A stretch of 64,000 nt of DNA from an uncultured Chloroflexia bacterium (lineage in GTDB: Bacteria; Chloroflexota; Chloroflexia; QHBQ01; JADMIH01), in assembly GCA_963797095.1 (NCBI GenBank), contig CAWCNY010000005.1:221231-285230 (forward strand), in the 5' to 3' direction. Below are positions 37,082 through 47,460 of this stretch, one piece after another (the first letter of the stretch is position 1; each line of letters opens with the position of its first letter). Made by a program: the position numbers and the translations under genes. The notes beneath the pieces were generated by a model that was not told where the DNA came from, searched no databases, and saw nothing but the letters and a program-made list of their open reading frames with translations.

Positions 37082-39556
37082 ATGGCATTGCACCGTAAGC
37101 ATATTTTATGTCGTTTTGCGCTGGCTATCTCGCTCATAGTCATATCCTGCGCTTTCCTCAGCCACGCTCAAACAAACCCAACCTCAGTATATGCCGCGCC
37201 AGCCCCCCCGCAGGCATCCTCCCCATTCGGTGTGGCCGGCGTGATGCGCTGGCCCGTTTGGGGCACCTTCAACGAGCCTGCTGACCTTATGTTGCAAACA
37301 GGCGGCGCGTGGGTGCGCGACGACTTCGTATGGTCCTTGATCGAACCTAAGCCCGACCAATGGGATTGGACCGCCACCGACAAGATCGTGGCCGAGTTGG
37401 GCGGGCGCAATCTCAATGTCCTGGGCCTGCTGGCCTATTCGGTAAGCTGGGCCACTTCCACCACCGACGACAATTCCACAGCGCTCTCATTCTACCCACC
37501 CGATCCCGACAAATACTACACCTTCGTTCGCACCCTCGTACGCAGATACAAGAACGTGATCCACACCTGGGAAGTGTGGAACGAGCCCGACAACAACATA
37601 TTCTGGAAGCCCTCGCCCAGTCCGCGCGACTACGCGGCCCTCCTCAAGGTCGCATACCGCGCCGTCAAGGACGCCGACCCAACTGCCAGAGTCGCAACGG
37701 GTGGCGTATCGGGAAACGCTGTGCCCTTCCTCGAAGAAGTATTCGCAAGCGGCGCATCAAACTCGTTCGACATCCTGGCGATCCACCCCTATGCCGTGCC
37801 CCTCGATCCCGCCCAGGGCCAGATACAAAGCCGCCCTGAAGTCCACAAGATACTCGATGTCGAGCTTGCCAAGTACCGCGCCCTCCTCAGCAGGCACTCA
37901 CTGGACAAGCCTGTTTGGGTCACCGAGATCGGCTGGCCCGCGAACGGTTGGAACCTGAACCCCAACCTCCAGGCCGACTACCTGGCCCAGGCTTACGCGC
38001 TCATGCTCTCAAGCGGCCTCACCGAGCGTATCTTTGCATACAGCTTCAAGGACCAATCGGCAAACGGCGGCGACAGCTGGGGCATGGTCGCCTGGGGTGA
38101 TGGCGCAACCGACCTGAGCCAGGTTCGACCATCTTTCGACGCCTACTCTACCAGCGCGAAACTCCTGACAGGCACCTCTCCCGGGGGCCGCATCCAATTA
38201 TCGCCCGTCTCAGTCGCCGTCGATTTCGAATCGGGCGGCCAGTGGTCGCGCTCCATGCAGGGCGATGGCACGCTCACCACTTCCACCGAACGCCAGCACA
38301 GCGGATCGGCCTCCGGCAAGCTGCAATACAACCTTACCGCCCAGAACCAGGCCGTGGACTTCGCGCCACCCCAGCCCGTGAACCTGCCGGGTCAGCCTAC
38401 CCGCATCGGCGTCTGGGTGCTTGGCGATGGGTCGGGCAACTACCTCAGCGCGTGGCTGCGCGACCGCGACGGCGAGCTTTTCAAGGTGCGCCTGGGGGCC
38501 GTAATGGGCGCGAACGACGGCTGGCGCTATTACGAATCCTCTATAGACAGCTATTACTTCGATTGGGAGCACGCAGGCGGCAACCCCGCCAACGGCAAGC
38601 CCGACTACCCACTCCAATTCGTCAGCTTCAGGCTTGAGAACACCCCCGACGAACCTGCCGGTGGGGGCACAATCTACCTGGATGATTTGCAGACCTGGGA
38701 GGGGCCTGATGTGACCGGCGTTCGTTTCAACAGGGGCGACGGCACCGTCGTTGATGTCGTATGGTCGGCCAACCCCACCCAGGCCCTTCTGCCCACCTCA
38801 TCGGGAACCGCCCAGGTCTTTACTCGCGACGGAGCGGAATCGACCGTGACCGCAGGCAACGGCGCGATTCCACTCGATGTCAACGATAGCCCAATTTATG
38901 TGGTCCATAAACCTCCTATCAGCGCCCTGAAAACGACCGCTCCGGTGCTGCCAAACGGCGGGTACACTCAATTGTGCGATGCCGCCCAACCTGCCGCCGA
39001 CCTCAACGCCCCCGGCAACACTTTCTACTCCCAGACATGGCACAACCTCTCCGAACCGTTCAGGTCCTACTGGCAGAGCCACGGAGGTGTGAACATCCTG
39101 GGCTACCCGATCACCGAGGTGTTTGAGGGCACACTGGACGATGGCAAGCCCTACAAGCTGCAATATTTCGAACGCGCCAGGATCGAATACCACCCTGAAA
39201 ATCGCTCACCCGAAGATGTGCAATTGGGACTGTTAGGCGTGTGGGCTGCCGCTCACTCCGATGCGTCACACGTGGCACAGGCGCAGGCCGCACCGGGGGG
39301 GCAGTTCTTCCCTGAAACGGGCCAGACTCTCAACATCTTCAGCGCCTGGTGGAACGCCAACGGCGGCCTCTCGACTTTCGGCTTCCCTATATCGCCTGAG
39401 ACCAAAGAGCGCAACGCCGCCGACGGCAAAGACTACACAGTGCAGTACTTCGAGCGCAATCGCCTCGAATACCACCCCGAAAACGCGGGCACATCCCAGG
39501 AAGTGATGCTCGGACTCCTCGGTACCGAGTACGTGACCGCGCAGGGCTGCCGCTGA
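37082..39556 (+). CDS. Secreted clan GH-A glycoside hydrolase (GH39/GH5-like) with beta-sandwich region and two C-terminal LGFP-like repeats
   Basis: Signal peptide. HTWEVWNEPDN acid/base motif. PVWVTEIGWP nucleophile motif. Repeats at 39023-39553 (GGVNILGYPITE...LQYFERARIEYHP; GGLSTFGFPISPE...VQYFERNRLEYHP). Confidence 0.7.
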   Translation: MALHRKHILCRFALAISLIVISCAFLSHAQTNPTSVYAAPAPPQASSPFGVAGVMRWPVWGTFNEPADLMLQTGGAWVRDDFVWSLIEPKPDQWDWTATDKIVAELGGRNLNVLGLLAYSVSWATSTTDDNSTALSFYPPDPDKYYTFVRTLVRRYKNVIHTWEVWNEPDNNIFWKPSPSPRDYAALLKVAYRAVKDADPTARVATGGVSGNAVPFLEEVFASGASNSFDILAIHPYAVPLDPAQGQIQSRPEVHKILDVELAKYRALLSRHSLDKPVWVTEIGWPANGWNLNPNLQADYLAQAYALMLSSGLTERIFAYSFKDQSANGGDSWGMVAWGDGATDLSQVRPSFDAYSTSAKLLTGTSPGGRIQLSPVSVAVDFESGGQWSRSMQGDGTLTTSTERQHSGSASGKLQYNLTAQNQAVDFAPPQPVNLPGQPTRIGVWVLGDGSGNYLSAWLRDRDGELFKVRLGAVMGANDGWRYYESSIDSYYFDWEHAGGNPANGKPDYPLQFVSFRLENTPDEPAGGGTIYLDDLQTWEGPDVTGVRFNRGDGTVVDVVWSANPTQALLPTSSGTAQVFTRDGAESTVTAGNGAIPLDVNDSPIYVVHKPPISALKTTAPVLPNGGYTQLCDAAQPAADLNAPGNTFYSQTWHNLSEPFRSYWQSHGGVNILGYPITEVFEGTLDDGKPYKLQYFERARIEYHPENRSPEDVQLGLLGVWAAAHSDASHVAQAQAAPGGQFFPETGQTLNIFSAWWNANGGLSTFGFPISPETKERNAADGKDYTVQYFERNRLEYHPENAGTSQEVMLGLLGTEYVTAQGCR

Positions 39557-39664
39557 CGCGCACTCTCCACAACAACTTTGAACAAGCTTATCCAGGCGAG
39601 AACTATTCCACCCGAAATGGTGTATAAAGAGTTGAGACACCGCGCCCCTGGATAGGATTGTTCA

Positions 39665-41260
39665 ATGCACAAGCGACGCCCAACCGCGCTCTTGCTCCTT
39701 GCCATTTTGATCGCGACACAGGCGCCGGTCGCTTGTGACAGCACCGCGCTTCCTGTCTCTACTCCAACATCACCACAAGCCACTACGACACCTGCGGCAG
39801 AGGCCGCGAGAACGCAGGCCGCTCCAACCCCGGAGCCAACATCAGCCTCAACTCCATCTCTGCTGCCAACCCCCACCCGGGAGGGCCAAACACCCACCTC
39901 CCGGGCGGCCACGCCCCCAGGTTGCCCGCTCTCCCAGCTTACCGGCTCGCCTCGCGACGGTCTGGGGGACAAGCTCTTCCTCACGCTCGGCAACTCCGGC
40001 TATGACGTACAGCACTACACCCTCGACCTCACTATAGACGTTGATAAGGACGTAATTTCCGGCACGGCCACGCTGGCGATCGCGGCCCTGGAGGACCTAC
40101 CTTCATTCAACCTGGACTTTCGCCGCCTGGGCATCGCCGGCCTCAAAGTTGACGGCCAGGACGCGACCTACACCCGTACCGACACCGAACTAACGATAAC
40201 CCCAGCAACGCCAATCAAGAGCGGGCAGGACTTCACCCTTGCGATGCAATATGGCGGCCAGCCGGTGAGCGCCACTCTCAACGGCTCGCCAACCGAAGGG
40301 TGGCAGAAGTTCAGCGGTGGCATCCTGGTTGCGGGCGAGCCGGAAGGCGCATCCACATGGTATCCCGTCAACGAGCACCCTTGCGACAAAGCCCTCTACA
40401 CCCTCAAAATCAGAGTGCCCAAGCCCTATGTAGTTGCCGCTAATGGGCACGAAGTCAGCGTCACCGACAACGGCGACACCACCACCTACCTGAACGAACT
40501 GCGAGACCCTGCGGCAAGCTATCTCATCACCATTGACGTGGGCCGCTTCGACAAAGTCACCCAGGCCGGGCCGAACGGCCTGGAGCTAAGGAGCTACTTC
40601 CCTCAAAGTATGCCAAAGTCCAACCGCACAGTCTTCAACAAGACACCCGATATGATCGACTTCTTCAACTCGGTGTTCGGCCCTTACCCTTTCGAGACGT
40701 ATGGCACGCTCGTAGTTGACACCGACCTGGGCTTTGCCCTCGAAACCCAGACCCTGTCCATGTTCGGGACCGACCTGGACAACCGCACCATCACAGCCGA
40801 GGAAACCCTCGCCCACGAATTGTCCCACCAGTGGTTCGGCGATGCGGTCAGCCTCGAACAATGGAGCGACATCTGGCTCAACGAAGGCTTCGCCACCTAC
40901 GCACAATGGCTCTGGCTCGAACATACTCAGGGTCGAGGGGTATACGATAATCGCGTCAACACCATGTATCAGGTCGTGCAGCAAGAGAACGGCATCCCAC
41001 CGGGTAACCCCACAGCCGACCGCATTTTCAACCTGGGAGTCTACCTCAGGGGCGGCCTTACCCTCCACGCGCTTCGCATGCAGATCGGTGACGATGCTTT
41101 CTTCCGCGCTCTCAAAGCGTATTACGCGAAATACAAGTACGGCAACGCCTCTACCGCCGATTTCATTGCGGTTGCCGAGCAGGAAAGCGGCCAGAACCTG
41201 CAAGACCTTTTCAATAGTTGGCTCTATGCAAAGGATATGCCCGCGCTTCCTCCCGATTGA
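39665..41260 (+). CDS. M1 family zinc aminopeptidase (aminopeptidase N-like) lipoprotein
   Basis: Lipobox PVACDS. HELSHQWFG plus downstream LNEGFATY (HExxH...E). GAMEN-like region upstream. Confidence 0.8.
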   Translation: MHKRRPTALLLLAILIATQAPVACDSTALPVSTPTSPQATTTPAAEAARTQAAPTPEPTSASTPSLLPTPTREGQTPTSRAATPPGCPLSQLTGSPRDGLGDKLFLTLGNSGYDVQHYTLDLTIDVDKDVISGTATLAIAALEDLPSFNLDFRRLGIAGLKVDGQDATYTRTDTELTITPATPIKSGQDFTLAMQYGGQPVSATLNGSPTEGWQKFSGGILVAGEPEGASTWYPVNEHPCDKALYTLKIRVPKPYVVAANGHEVSVTDNGDTTTYLNELRDPAASYLITIDVGRFDKVTQAGPNGLELRSYFPQSMPKSNRTVFNKTPDMIDFFNSVFGPYPFETYGTLVVDTDLGFALETQTLSMFGTDLDNRTITAEETLAHELSHQWFGDAVSLEQWSDIWLNEGFATYAQWLWLEHTQGRGVYDNRVNTMYQVVQQENGIPPGNPTADRIFNLGVYLRGGLTLHALRMQIGDDAFFRALKAYYAKYKYGNASTADFIAVAEQESGQNLQDLFNSWLYAKDMPALPPD

Positions 41261-41464
41261 CCCCCCGCACAAACCCATCTTACCCTCCAATTGCCGTTAG
41301 TCTCGTGCTCAGCGTCGCCATATGGGCATCCGTTTGCTCCTCCCACTTTGCAAAGCAGGAAGCACTCTATTTACGAATCTATAGACAATATTTACTTAGT
41401 TTTCACCTCTACACACTCTCCGTTTCACGTTGCCTCTTTACAATGAAGCCAGTCCGTAAGAAAG

Positions 41465-42292
41465 ATGGCAAGCGGACCAGGCACTTCTGAGGAAGTCCTT
41501 CCAAAGGACCAAGATTCCGGTGATGAGCCGGGAGAGGAGAAAAAGGTGAAGACCGGTAACATTATTCTCATGGTGGTGGCAGGGCTGCTGGGTCTTTTCT
41601 TCGGTAACGCACTCGGCGGCATTCTCTGGGCGCTCATTTTGGGCGTGATTTCGGTGGGAGGCGCGTATATCGCCACCTCTACACAGGAAAAAGCTGATGC
41701 AAAGGCAGGCGTATCCACTCAATCGACGGTGGAAGACCCCAAGATCGCTCAGTTCCTTTTCAAAGACACCCGCGCTGCGGCGCTCTGGCTGCCGCTTCGC
41801 ATATTTATCGGCTGGGAATGGCTTGACGCCGGTATGCACAAGTTCCAGGACCCCAAGTGGATGAGTGATGGCACAGCCCTCCTCGGCTTCTGGCAGAACG
41901 CCGTCAAGGTTCCCGACACCGGCAAGGCCCCCATTACCTACGAGTGGTGGCGCGGTTTCCTTCAGGGCATGATCGACTCGAACGCACACGTCTGGTTCGC
42001 GAAAGTAATCACCTTCGGTGAGATGCTGGTTGGCCTGGGCCTGATCGTTGGAGCGCTGGTAGGCGTAGCTGCCTTCTTCGGAGCCTTGATGAACTTCTCG
42101 TTCCTCCTCTCCGGCTCGAGCAGCACCAACCCCATCATGTTGGTGGGTGCCTTCCTCCTGGTGCTGGCCTGGAAGACCGCCGGTTGGATTGGCGCGGATC
42201 GCGTACTCCTCCCGTTCCTGGGAACCCCGTGGCAAGGCGGAAAGATCGTACACCGACAAGATACGATGGCACCGACCTCGGTCACATCGTAA
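41465..42292 (+). CDS. DoxX family membrane protein (TQO small subunit DoxD-like) with N-terminal extra TM extension
   Basis: DoxX core RIFIGWEWLDAGMHKF. Four TM segments. Confidence 0.6.
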   Translation: MASGPGTSEEVLPKDQDSGDEPGEEKKVKTGNIILMVVAGLLGLFFGNALGGILWALILGVISVGGAYIATSTQEKADAKAGVSTQSTVEDPKIAQFLFKDTRAAALWLPLRIFIGWEWLDAGMHKFQDPKWMSDGTALLGFWQNAVKVPDTGKAPITYEWWRGFLQGMIDSNAHVWFAKVITFGEMLVGLGLIVGALVGVAAFFGALMNFSFLLSGSSSTNPIMLVGAFLLVLAWKTAGWIGADRVLLPFLGTPWQGGKIVHRQDTMAPTSVTS

Positions 42293-42369
42293 CCCGGTAC
42301 AGCACAACCGAATATGACATCTAAAGAGAGCGCCTACGCCGGGTGCTCTCTGTCTATCCAGTCTATGGC

Positions 42370-43176
42370 TCACACCTTCGCTTTAGGCGGTTCAACCACC
42401 CGGCGCTTTCCAGCCAGTTCGCGCCACGAGATGACTGTGCCGGGCAGACCCAGCACTATCCCCACCAGGCCCAGCAGATTCGAGTTGAACCAATCGCCCA
42501 TCGAATCGGCAATCACATTGTTCGTCACGTTGCTCGCCGGTATTCTCCGCTCCGTAGTCCATAGATCGTTCGGAACAGAGCTTGTTAGCGCCACAGCGCG
42601 ATCATTCACGTCGATGTATTCGACGTACACGTGCGGCTTCAGCACCACGTCCTGCCGCTCCTCAGCCGTTATCTCCCACTCCCACATGTTAAATGTGTGC
42701 AGGTCTTGTTCGCGCTTGTCGACATTCTCCTTCGTGATCTTCGCCCCCACAACCTCCAGGTCAACCGTAACGCGGGGCCGCAAATCGGGGAACGATGGTA
42801 GCGTGACCGGCACCTCTGGAGTTTCGTTCCCCACCTGTGCAATCGGGCTGTTGCCTTCGGCAAAAATTGTGAACCTTACCACCGACGCCTGCCCGATTTC
42901 GAGCTTTTTCGGGTACGAAAGCTGCGCCTCCCGCGTGATCGGCGCCGGAGTCTCCCCGATGGCAGGTGGCGTGGAGACTCCCCGCGAAGGCGTGTTCGTC
43001 CATTCAACCCCCTCCGCGAGCGCGGTCCATGTGAGGGTTGCCGATGCAGGCGGGGATGGGTTTGAAGACCCGGCAAAGCCGCCCGTGTTCAGAACGAACG
43101 AGATTGCACACACAGCCAGCAGGCCCACGACAACCACACTTATCCACAACAAGATGACAACAAGAGATCGATTCAT
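42370..43176 (-). CDS. Hypothetical bitopic membrane protein (N- and C-terminal TM segments)
   Basis: Start taken at MNRSLVVILLWISVVVVGLL. Distal gene of the ABC operon. No recognisable domain. Confidence 0.4.
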   Translation of the reverse strand: MNRSLVVILLWISVVVVGLLAVCAISFVLNTGGFAGSSNPSPPASATLTWTALAEGVEWTNTPSRGVSTPPAIGETPAPITREAQLSYPKKLEIGQASVVRFTIFAEGNSPIAQVGNETPEVPVTLPSFPDLRPRVTVDLEVVGAKITKENVDKREQDLHTFNMWEWEITAEERQDVVLKPHVYVEYIDVNDRAVALTSSVPNDLWTTERRIPASNVTNNVIADSMGDWFNSNLLGLVGIVLGLPGTVISWRELAGKRRVVEPPKAKV

Positions 43177-43205
43177 ACTCTCAGGCTCCGCGTGCCATGT
43201 GCAAG

Positions 43206-43394
43206 CTACGGAACGGTAGCTGTGGCCCCAGGCAACGGTACTTGCAGCGGTGCGCCCACGATCTGCTGCGCGCCGCTGTCGGGGAAGCTCGCCACCAGGC
43301 CCCAGAAGCCCCACACAAGCAGCAGTAAACTCAGCAGCAGGACTATCGCGAAAAGTCCCACTCGTCCCTTCGTTGTACGCATATCGACACTCAT
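43206..43394 (-). CDS. Small hypothetical membrane protein (62 aa)
   Basis: Single TM (LFAIVLLLSLLLLVWGFWGLV). Sits tightly between the ABC ATPase and the downstream membrane protein. Confidence 0.3.
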   Translation of the reverse strand: MSVDMRTTKGRVGLFAIVLLLSLLLLVWGFWGLVASFPDSGAQQIVGAPLQVPLPGATATVP

Positions 43395-43402
43395 AGCCCG
43401 AA

Positions 43403-44956
43403 TCAGGCGGTGCCGCCTGTCATCAACAGACCAAGCTTGTCGCGAGTCGCCTCGGAGCGCGGCAGCACGGCCACCAACTTCCCCTTGTATATCACGCCAA
43501 TCGTGTCGGAGAGGGCCATAATTTCGTCCAACTCGGCTGATACCAGCAGCACTGCTACTCCCTCGTCGCGCTGTGCCACGATCTGCTTGTGGATGAACTC
43601 AATCGAGCCTACATCAAGCCCGCGCGTGGGCTGCGCCGCCACCAGGAATTTGATCTGCCTCGAAAGCTCCCGTGCCAGGATCACTTTTTGCTGGTTTCCG
43701 CCCGACAGGTTGCGCGCCTGCACCTCAACGCGTGGCGGGCGCACGTCGAACCGCTTCACAACCCTCCTCGCGAACTCCAATATCGAGCGATCGTTCCTGA
43801 AGATCCCCCTCGCGAAAGGCGCTTCATCATACGTATTGAGCACTGTATTGTCAGCCACCGTGTATGTGAGCACAAGCCCATACTTGTGCCGGTCTTCAGG
43901 CACATGCGCCAGCCCGCTATCTATCAGCGTGCTCGTAAGCGCATGAGTCACATCTTTGCCGTCCAGCTTCATCGTCCCACCCGACGGCTTCCTCAGCCCC
44001 GTCAGAGCCTCAACGAGATCTGTCTGCCCGTTACCCTCGATCCCCGCTATACCGAAAATCTCGCCCTCGCGCACGGTCAGGTTCAACCCGTCAACAGCCA
44101 GGTGCCGCCGGTTGTCGTGCACCTGCAAATTAGCCACTTCCAGCACCGGCTTGCCCGGCTTGGCGGGCCGCTTCTCCACCTGAAGCAGCACGTCCCTGCC
44201 CACCATCAACGAGGCCAGGTGCGCCTCGGTCGCCGTCGCCGGGTCGGCGCTTCCTGCCACCTTCCCATGCCTCAAAACGGTGATCCGGTCGGCCACCGCC
44301 AGCACCTCTTTCAATTTATGCGTGATGAAAACGATAGCTTTTCCGTTGTCAGCCAGCTTGCGCATAATCACGAACAGTTCGTCCGCCTCCTGAGGCGTTA
44401 GCACTGCGGTCGGCTCGTCCAGGATCAATATGTCGGCGTTCCGGTAGAATGCCTTGAGAATCTCAACGCGCTGCTGCGACCCTACGGGCAGGTCCTGTAT
44501 CTTCGCCCCAGGGTCAACTTCCAAACCGTATTCCGCCGAAAGCTGCCGGATGCGTTTGGCGGCCTCGGTCCTATCGAGCACCACCCCGGCGGTGACGCTC
44601 TCGCCCCCCAGCATGATATTCTCGGTAACAGTAAGTGGAGGCACCAGCATAAAGTGCTGGTGCACCATGCCGATCCCGGCAGCAATTGCGTCGCTAGGCC
44701 CATTGAAGCGCGCCTCCCGACCGCGCACGTAAATATGCCCTTCGGTCGGCCTATACAGCCCGTAAAGCAGGTTCATCAGCGTGGACTTGCCAGCCCCGTT
44801 CTCGCCAAGCAGCGCGTGTATCTCCCCCGGCTTTAAATCCAGGTCGATATGGTCGTTCGCAAGGATCCCCGGAAACCGCTTGGTCATCCCGCGCGCCTGC
44901 AACGCATACGCAGGATCCGGAGCCGCAATTTTGCTTTCACTGAGTGTTTGTTGCAT
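43403..44956 (-). CDS. ABC transporter ATP-binding protein with duplicated ABC domains (BMP/nucleoside-type importer)
   Basis: Two Walker A sites (GENGAGKSTL; GIEGNGQTDL). Signature LSGGNQQKV. Walker B ILILDEPT. Confidence 0.85.
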   Translation of the reverse strand: MQQTLSESKIAAPDPAYALQARGMTKRFPGILANDHIDLDLKPGEIHALLGENGAGKSTLMNLLYGLYRPTEGHIYVRGREARFNGPSDAIAAGIGMVHQHFMLVPPLTVTENIMLGGESVTAGVVLDRTEAAKRIRQLSAEYGLEVDPGAKIQDLPVGSQQRVEILKAFYRNADILILDEPTAVLTPQEADELFVIMRKLADNGKAIVFITHKLKEVLAVADRITVLRHGKVAGSADPATATEAHLASLMVGRDVLLQVEKRPAKPGKPVLEVANLQVHDNRRHLAVDGLNLTVREGEIFGIAGIEGNGQTDLVEALTGLRKPSGGTMKLDGKDVTHALTSTLIDSGLAHVPEDRHKYGLVLTYTVADNTVLNTYDEAPFARGIFRNDRSILEFARRVVKRFDVRPPRVEVQARNLSGGNQQKVILARELSRQIKFLVAAQPTRGLDVGSIEFIHKQIVAQRDEGVAVLLVSAELDEIMALSDTIGVIYKGKLVAVLPRSEATRDKLGLLMTGGTA

Positions 44957-45012
44957 AACTATCGCACCGGAAACCAGGAACTAAGAGCTAAGAACTTGGA
45001 ACCAGGCCCTAC

Positions 45013-45939
45013 TTACTTCTCATAAGGCACACCCACCGCCGCAGGTGGAGTTGAGCGCCCCACGACCCCCGCCAGTACCACAATCGTCACCACGTAAGGC
45101 AGCATACCGATGATTTGCGCGGGGAAATCGACCCCACACTGTTGAATATTGATCTGCACCGCCTGGGTAAAGCCGAACAGCAGCGCGGCCCCCCACGCTC
45201 CAAGCGGCGTCCACTTACCGAAGATCAAAGCCGCCAGCGCGATGAAGCCTCGCCCGATGGTCATCCCGGGGCTGAATGTCGATACTTCAGCGATCAGATA
45301 TGCACCGCCCAACCCCGCCACCGCTCCCCCGATGATAACATTCGTGTAGCGCACCCTGAACACGCTCACGCCCACCGTATCTGCTGCACGCGGGTGCTCG
45401 CCCACCGCCCTCGTGCGCAATCCCCACGGCGTGAAGAAGATCACGAAGTGCGTTACCGCCACCAGCAGCAGCGCGATCCACACCACAGGCTGCTGCTGGA
45501 ACAGCCTGCCGAACACAGGTATATCCTGCAAGATCGGGATGCTGATTATCGGCACGCTGCCCCCTGTGGGCGCATTGCGCGCGAAATACTGGTCATAGAA
45601 GAACCCCGTGATCCCGAACGCCAGGATATTCACCACCGTGCCGCTGATGATCTGGTCCACCTTGAACGATATCGAGAGCACGGCGTGCAGCCCCGCCAGC
45701 GCCCCCGCGCTCACCATAGCAGCCAACAGCGCCACCCATATCGAACCGCTCCACGCGCCAGCCACATAGGCGCTGAACGCCCCCATCAGCATCATTCCTT
45801 CGATGGCGATATTCACCACGCCCGACCGCTCGCAGAACAGGCCCCCAAGTGCGCCCAGTGTGAGCGGCGTGGCGACCCGCAGGGTGGTCGCCAGTAGGGT
45901 AGCAATAAGCACCCAGATTGAAACGCCGCATAGCGTCAT
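45013..45939 (-). CDS. ABC transporter permease (BMP family)
   Basis: Polytopic. Overlaps the upstream permease by 4 nt. Confidence 0.8.
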   Translation of the reverse strand: MTLCGVSIWVLIATLLATTLRVATPLTLGALGGLFCERSGVVNIAIEGMMLMGAFSAYVAGAWSGSIWVALLAAMVSAGALAGLHAVLSISFKVDQIISGTVVNILAFGITGFFYDQYFARNAPTGGSVPIISIPILQDIPVFGRLFQQQPVVWIALLLVAVTHFVIFFTPWGLRTRAVGEHPRAADTVGVSVFRVRYTNVIIGGAVAGLGGAYLIAEVSTFSPGMTIGRGFIALAALIFGKWTPLGAWGAALLFGFTQAVQINIQQCGVDFPAQIIGMLPYVVTIVVLAGVVGRSTPPAAVGVPYEK

Positions 45940-47300
45940 TGCCGCTCCTCCTTACCGCCCAGTGCGTCAGGCGGGCCAGCGGGCCGGGTCTCGTCCCCTT
46001 CCTTGTTGCCCGTAAAGGCAGGCGCGGCGGGCATGTCGGCTCTGGAAGCCTTCCGATAGCTGCCGGTAGGCTCCACCCCTTCGGGAGCGGTCTCGGCTTC
46101 CTCGGCAACAGCCGCCATCACGGCAGCCGGGGCCAGCGCGAGTGTGCCGCGCTGTGAGCGCACGCGGACATGATATAACCATCGGATGATCACATCAGCT
46201 GCTACGAACAAAAGCACCAATCCCTGCACCACCGAAATGATCGATGCTGAAATCTGCGTGTTGAACTGCATTTGGGTCGCCCCGGACTTCAGCCCTCCAA
46301 ACAGGATGGCTGCCGCCACTACCCCGAACGGGTTGGTCCTCCCAAGCAGCGCGATGGCTATGCTGTCGAAGCCGTAGCCCGACCCGAAGCCAAGCTCGTG
46401 CCGGTGCGTCACACCAAGCACCTCCACCGCCCCCGCTGCCCCCGCCAGCAAACCGCTCAGCGACATAGCAAGGATGGTGTTCTTTGCCACGCTCATCCCC
46501 GCGTAGCGCGCAGCATTAGGATTGGCCCCCACCGTGCGTATCTCGAAACCCCAGGTAGTGCGCGACAGGAATAGCCACACCAGTACCGCCGCCACCAGCG
46601 CCAGCGGCACGCCGTAATGGATCTCCCAGGGCGTGCCCGCAAAGAGCGTCGGTAGTTCGGCTTCGGGAGCGATCAGCGGCGTGCGGGCCGTAACGTTTCC
46701 GGGAGTGCGGTCCTTCATTGGCCCGCCAAGCAGGTATTGCACCAACGAGAGCGCGATATAGTTGAGCATGATCGTGATGATCACCTCGTGCGCGCCCGTG
46801 TAAGCTTTCAGGAAACCTGGGATCGCGCCCCAGACCAGCCCTCCCAGCAGGCCCGCCGCCAGCGCGAAAAAGAGGAGGATCGGGAAGGGCAGGCCCTTGA
46901 AGCTGTACCCCACGAATGCGGCAGATACCGCCCCCAGCGCCAGTTGGCCTTCGGCACCGATATTGAAAAGCCCACACTTGAACGCAAGCGCCACAGCCAG
47001 GCCCGCGAAAATATATGGCGTGGCCGTAGTAAGCGTGTCGGCGATATTTTTGGGGCTGCCGAACGCGCCCTCCCACATCCCCACGAACGCGCCATCCGGC
47101 CCTATCACCTTGAGGATGTCACCAGTCGAAACCCAGATCACCAACCCGCCGATAACCAGAGCCGTGAACACCGCCAGCAGAGGCACCAACAACGCATCTG
47201 CCACCGAGCGCAGAAAACCCCCCACCCGTACTACTTGTGATCTTGCCGGTGGCGATCCCGGCGCACCGGGCCTCGACGGCTCAGCGGAAACAAAGGTCAA
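45936..47300 (-). CDS. ABC transporter permease (BMP family)
   Basis: Polytopic with extended hydrophilic N-terminus. Confidence 0.8.
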   Translation of the reverse strand: MTFVSAEPSRPGAPGSPPARSQVVRVGGFLRSVADALLVPLLAVFTALVIGGLVIWVSTGDILKVIGPDGAFVGMWEGAFGSPKNIADTLTTATPYIFAGLAVALAFKCGLFNIGAEGQLALGAVSAAFVGYSFKGLPFPILLFFALAAGLLGGLVWGAIPGFLKAYTGAHEVIITIMLNYIALSLVQYLLGGPMKDRTPGNVTARTPLIAPEAELPTLFAGTPWEIHYGVPLALVAAVLVWLFLSRTTWGFEIRTVGANPNAARYAGMSVAKNTILAMSLSGLLAGAAGAVEVLGVTHRHELGFGSGYGFDSIAIALLGRTNPFGVVAAAILFGGLKSGATQMQFNTQISASIISVVQGLVLLFVAADVIIRWLYHVRVRSQRGTLALAPAAVMAAVAEEAETAPEGVEPTGSYRKASRADMPAAPAFTGNKEGDETRPAGPPDALGGKEERQ

Positions 47301-47340
47301 TGATCACCCCCACTGTTTCGACGCGATGCAACCTGTAACT

Positions 47341-47410
47341 CACTAACCTGATCAAAGGACGAAGGACGAAAGACGAAGGAAGCTAATTCGTCCTTCGTCC
47401 TTCGCCTTCG
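47341..47410 (-). other. Intra-operon stem-loop built from GGACGAA heptamers and their complement
   Basis: aaaggacgaaggacgaaagacgaagga-agctaa-ttcgtccttcgtccttcgccttcgttt, between the substrate-binding protein and the first permease. Confidence 0.6.
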
Positions 47411-47460
47411 TTTCATTCGTTGGCAAACCGCGATCTGCCAACTGGTGGTTCAGGATCCTA

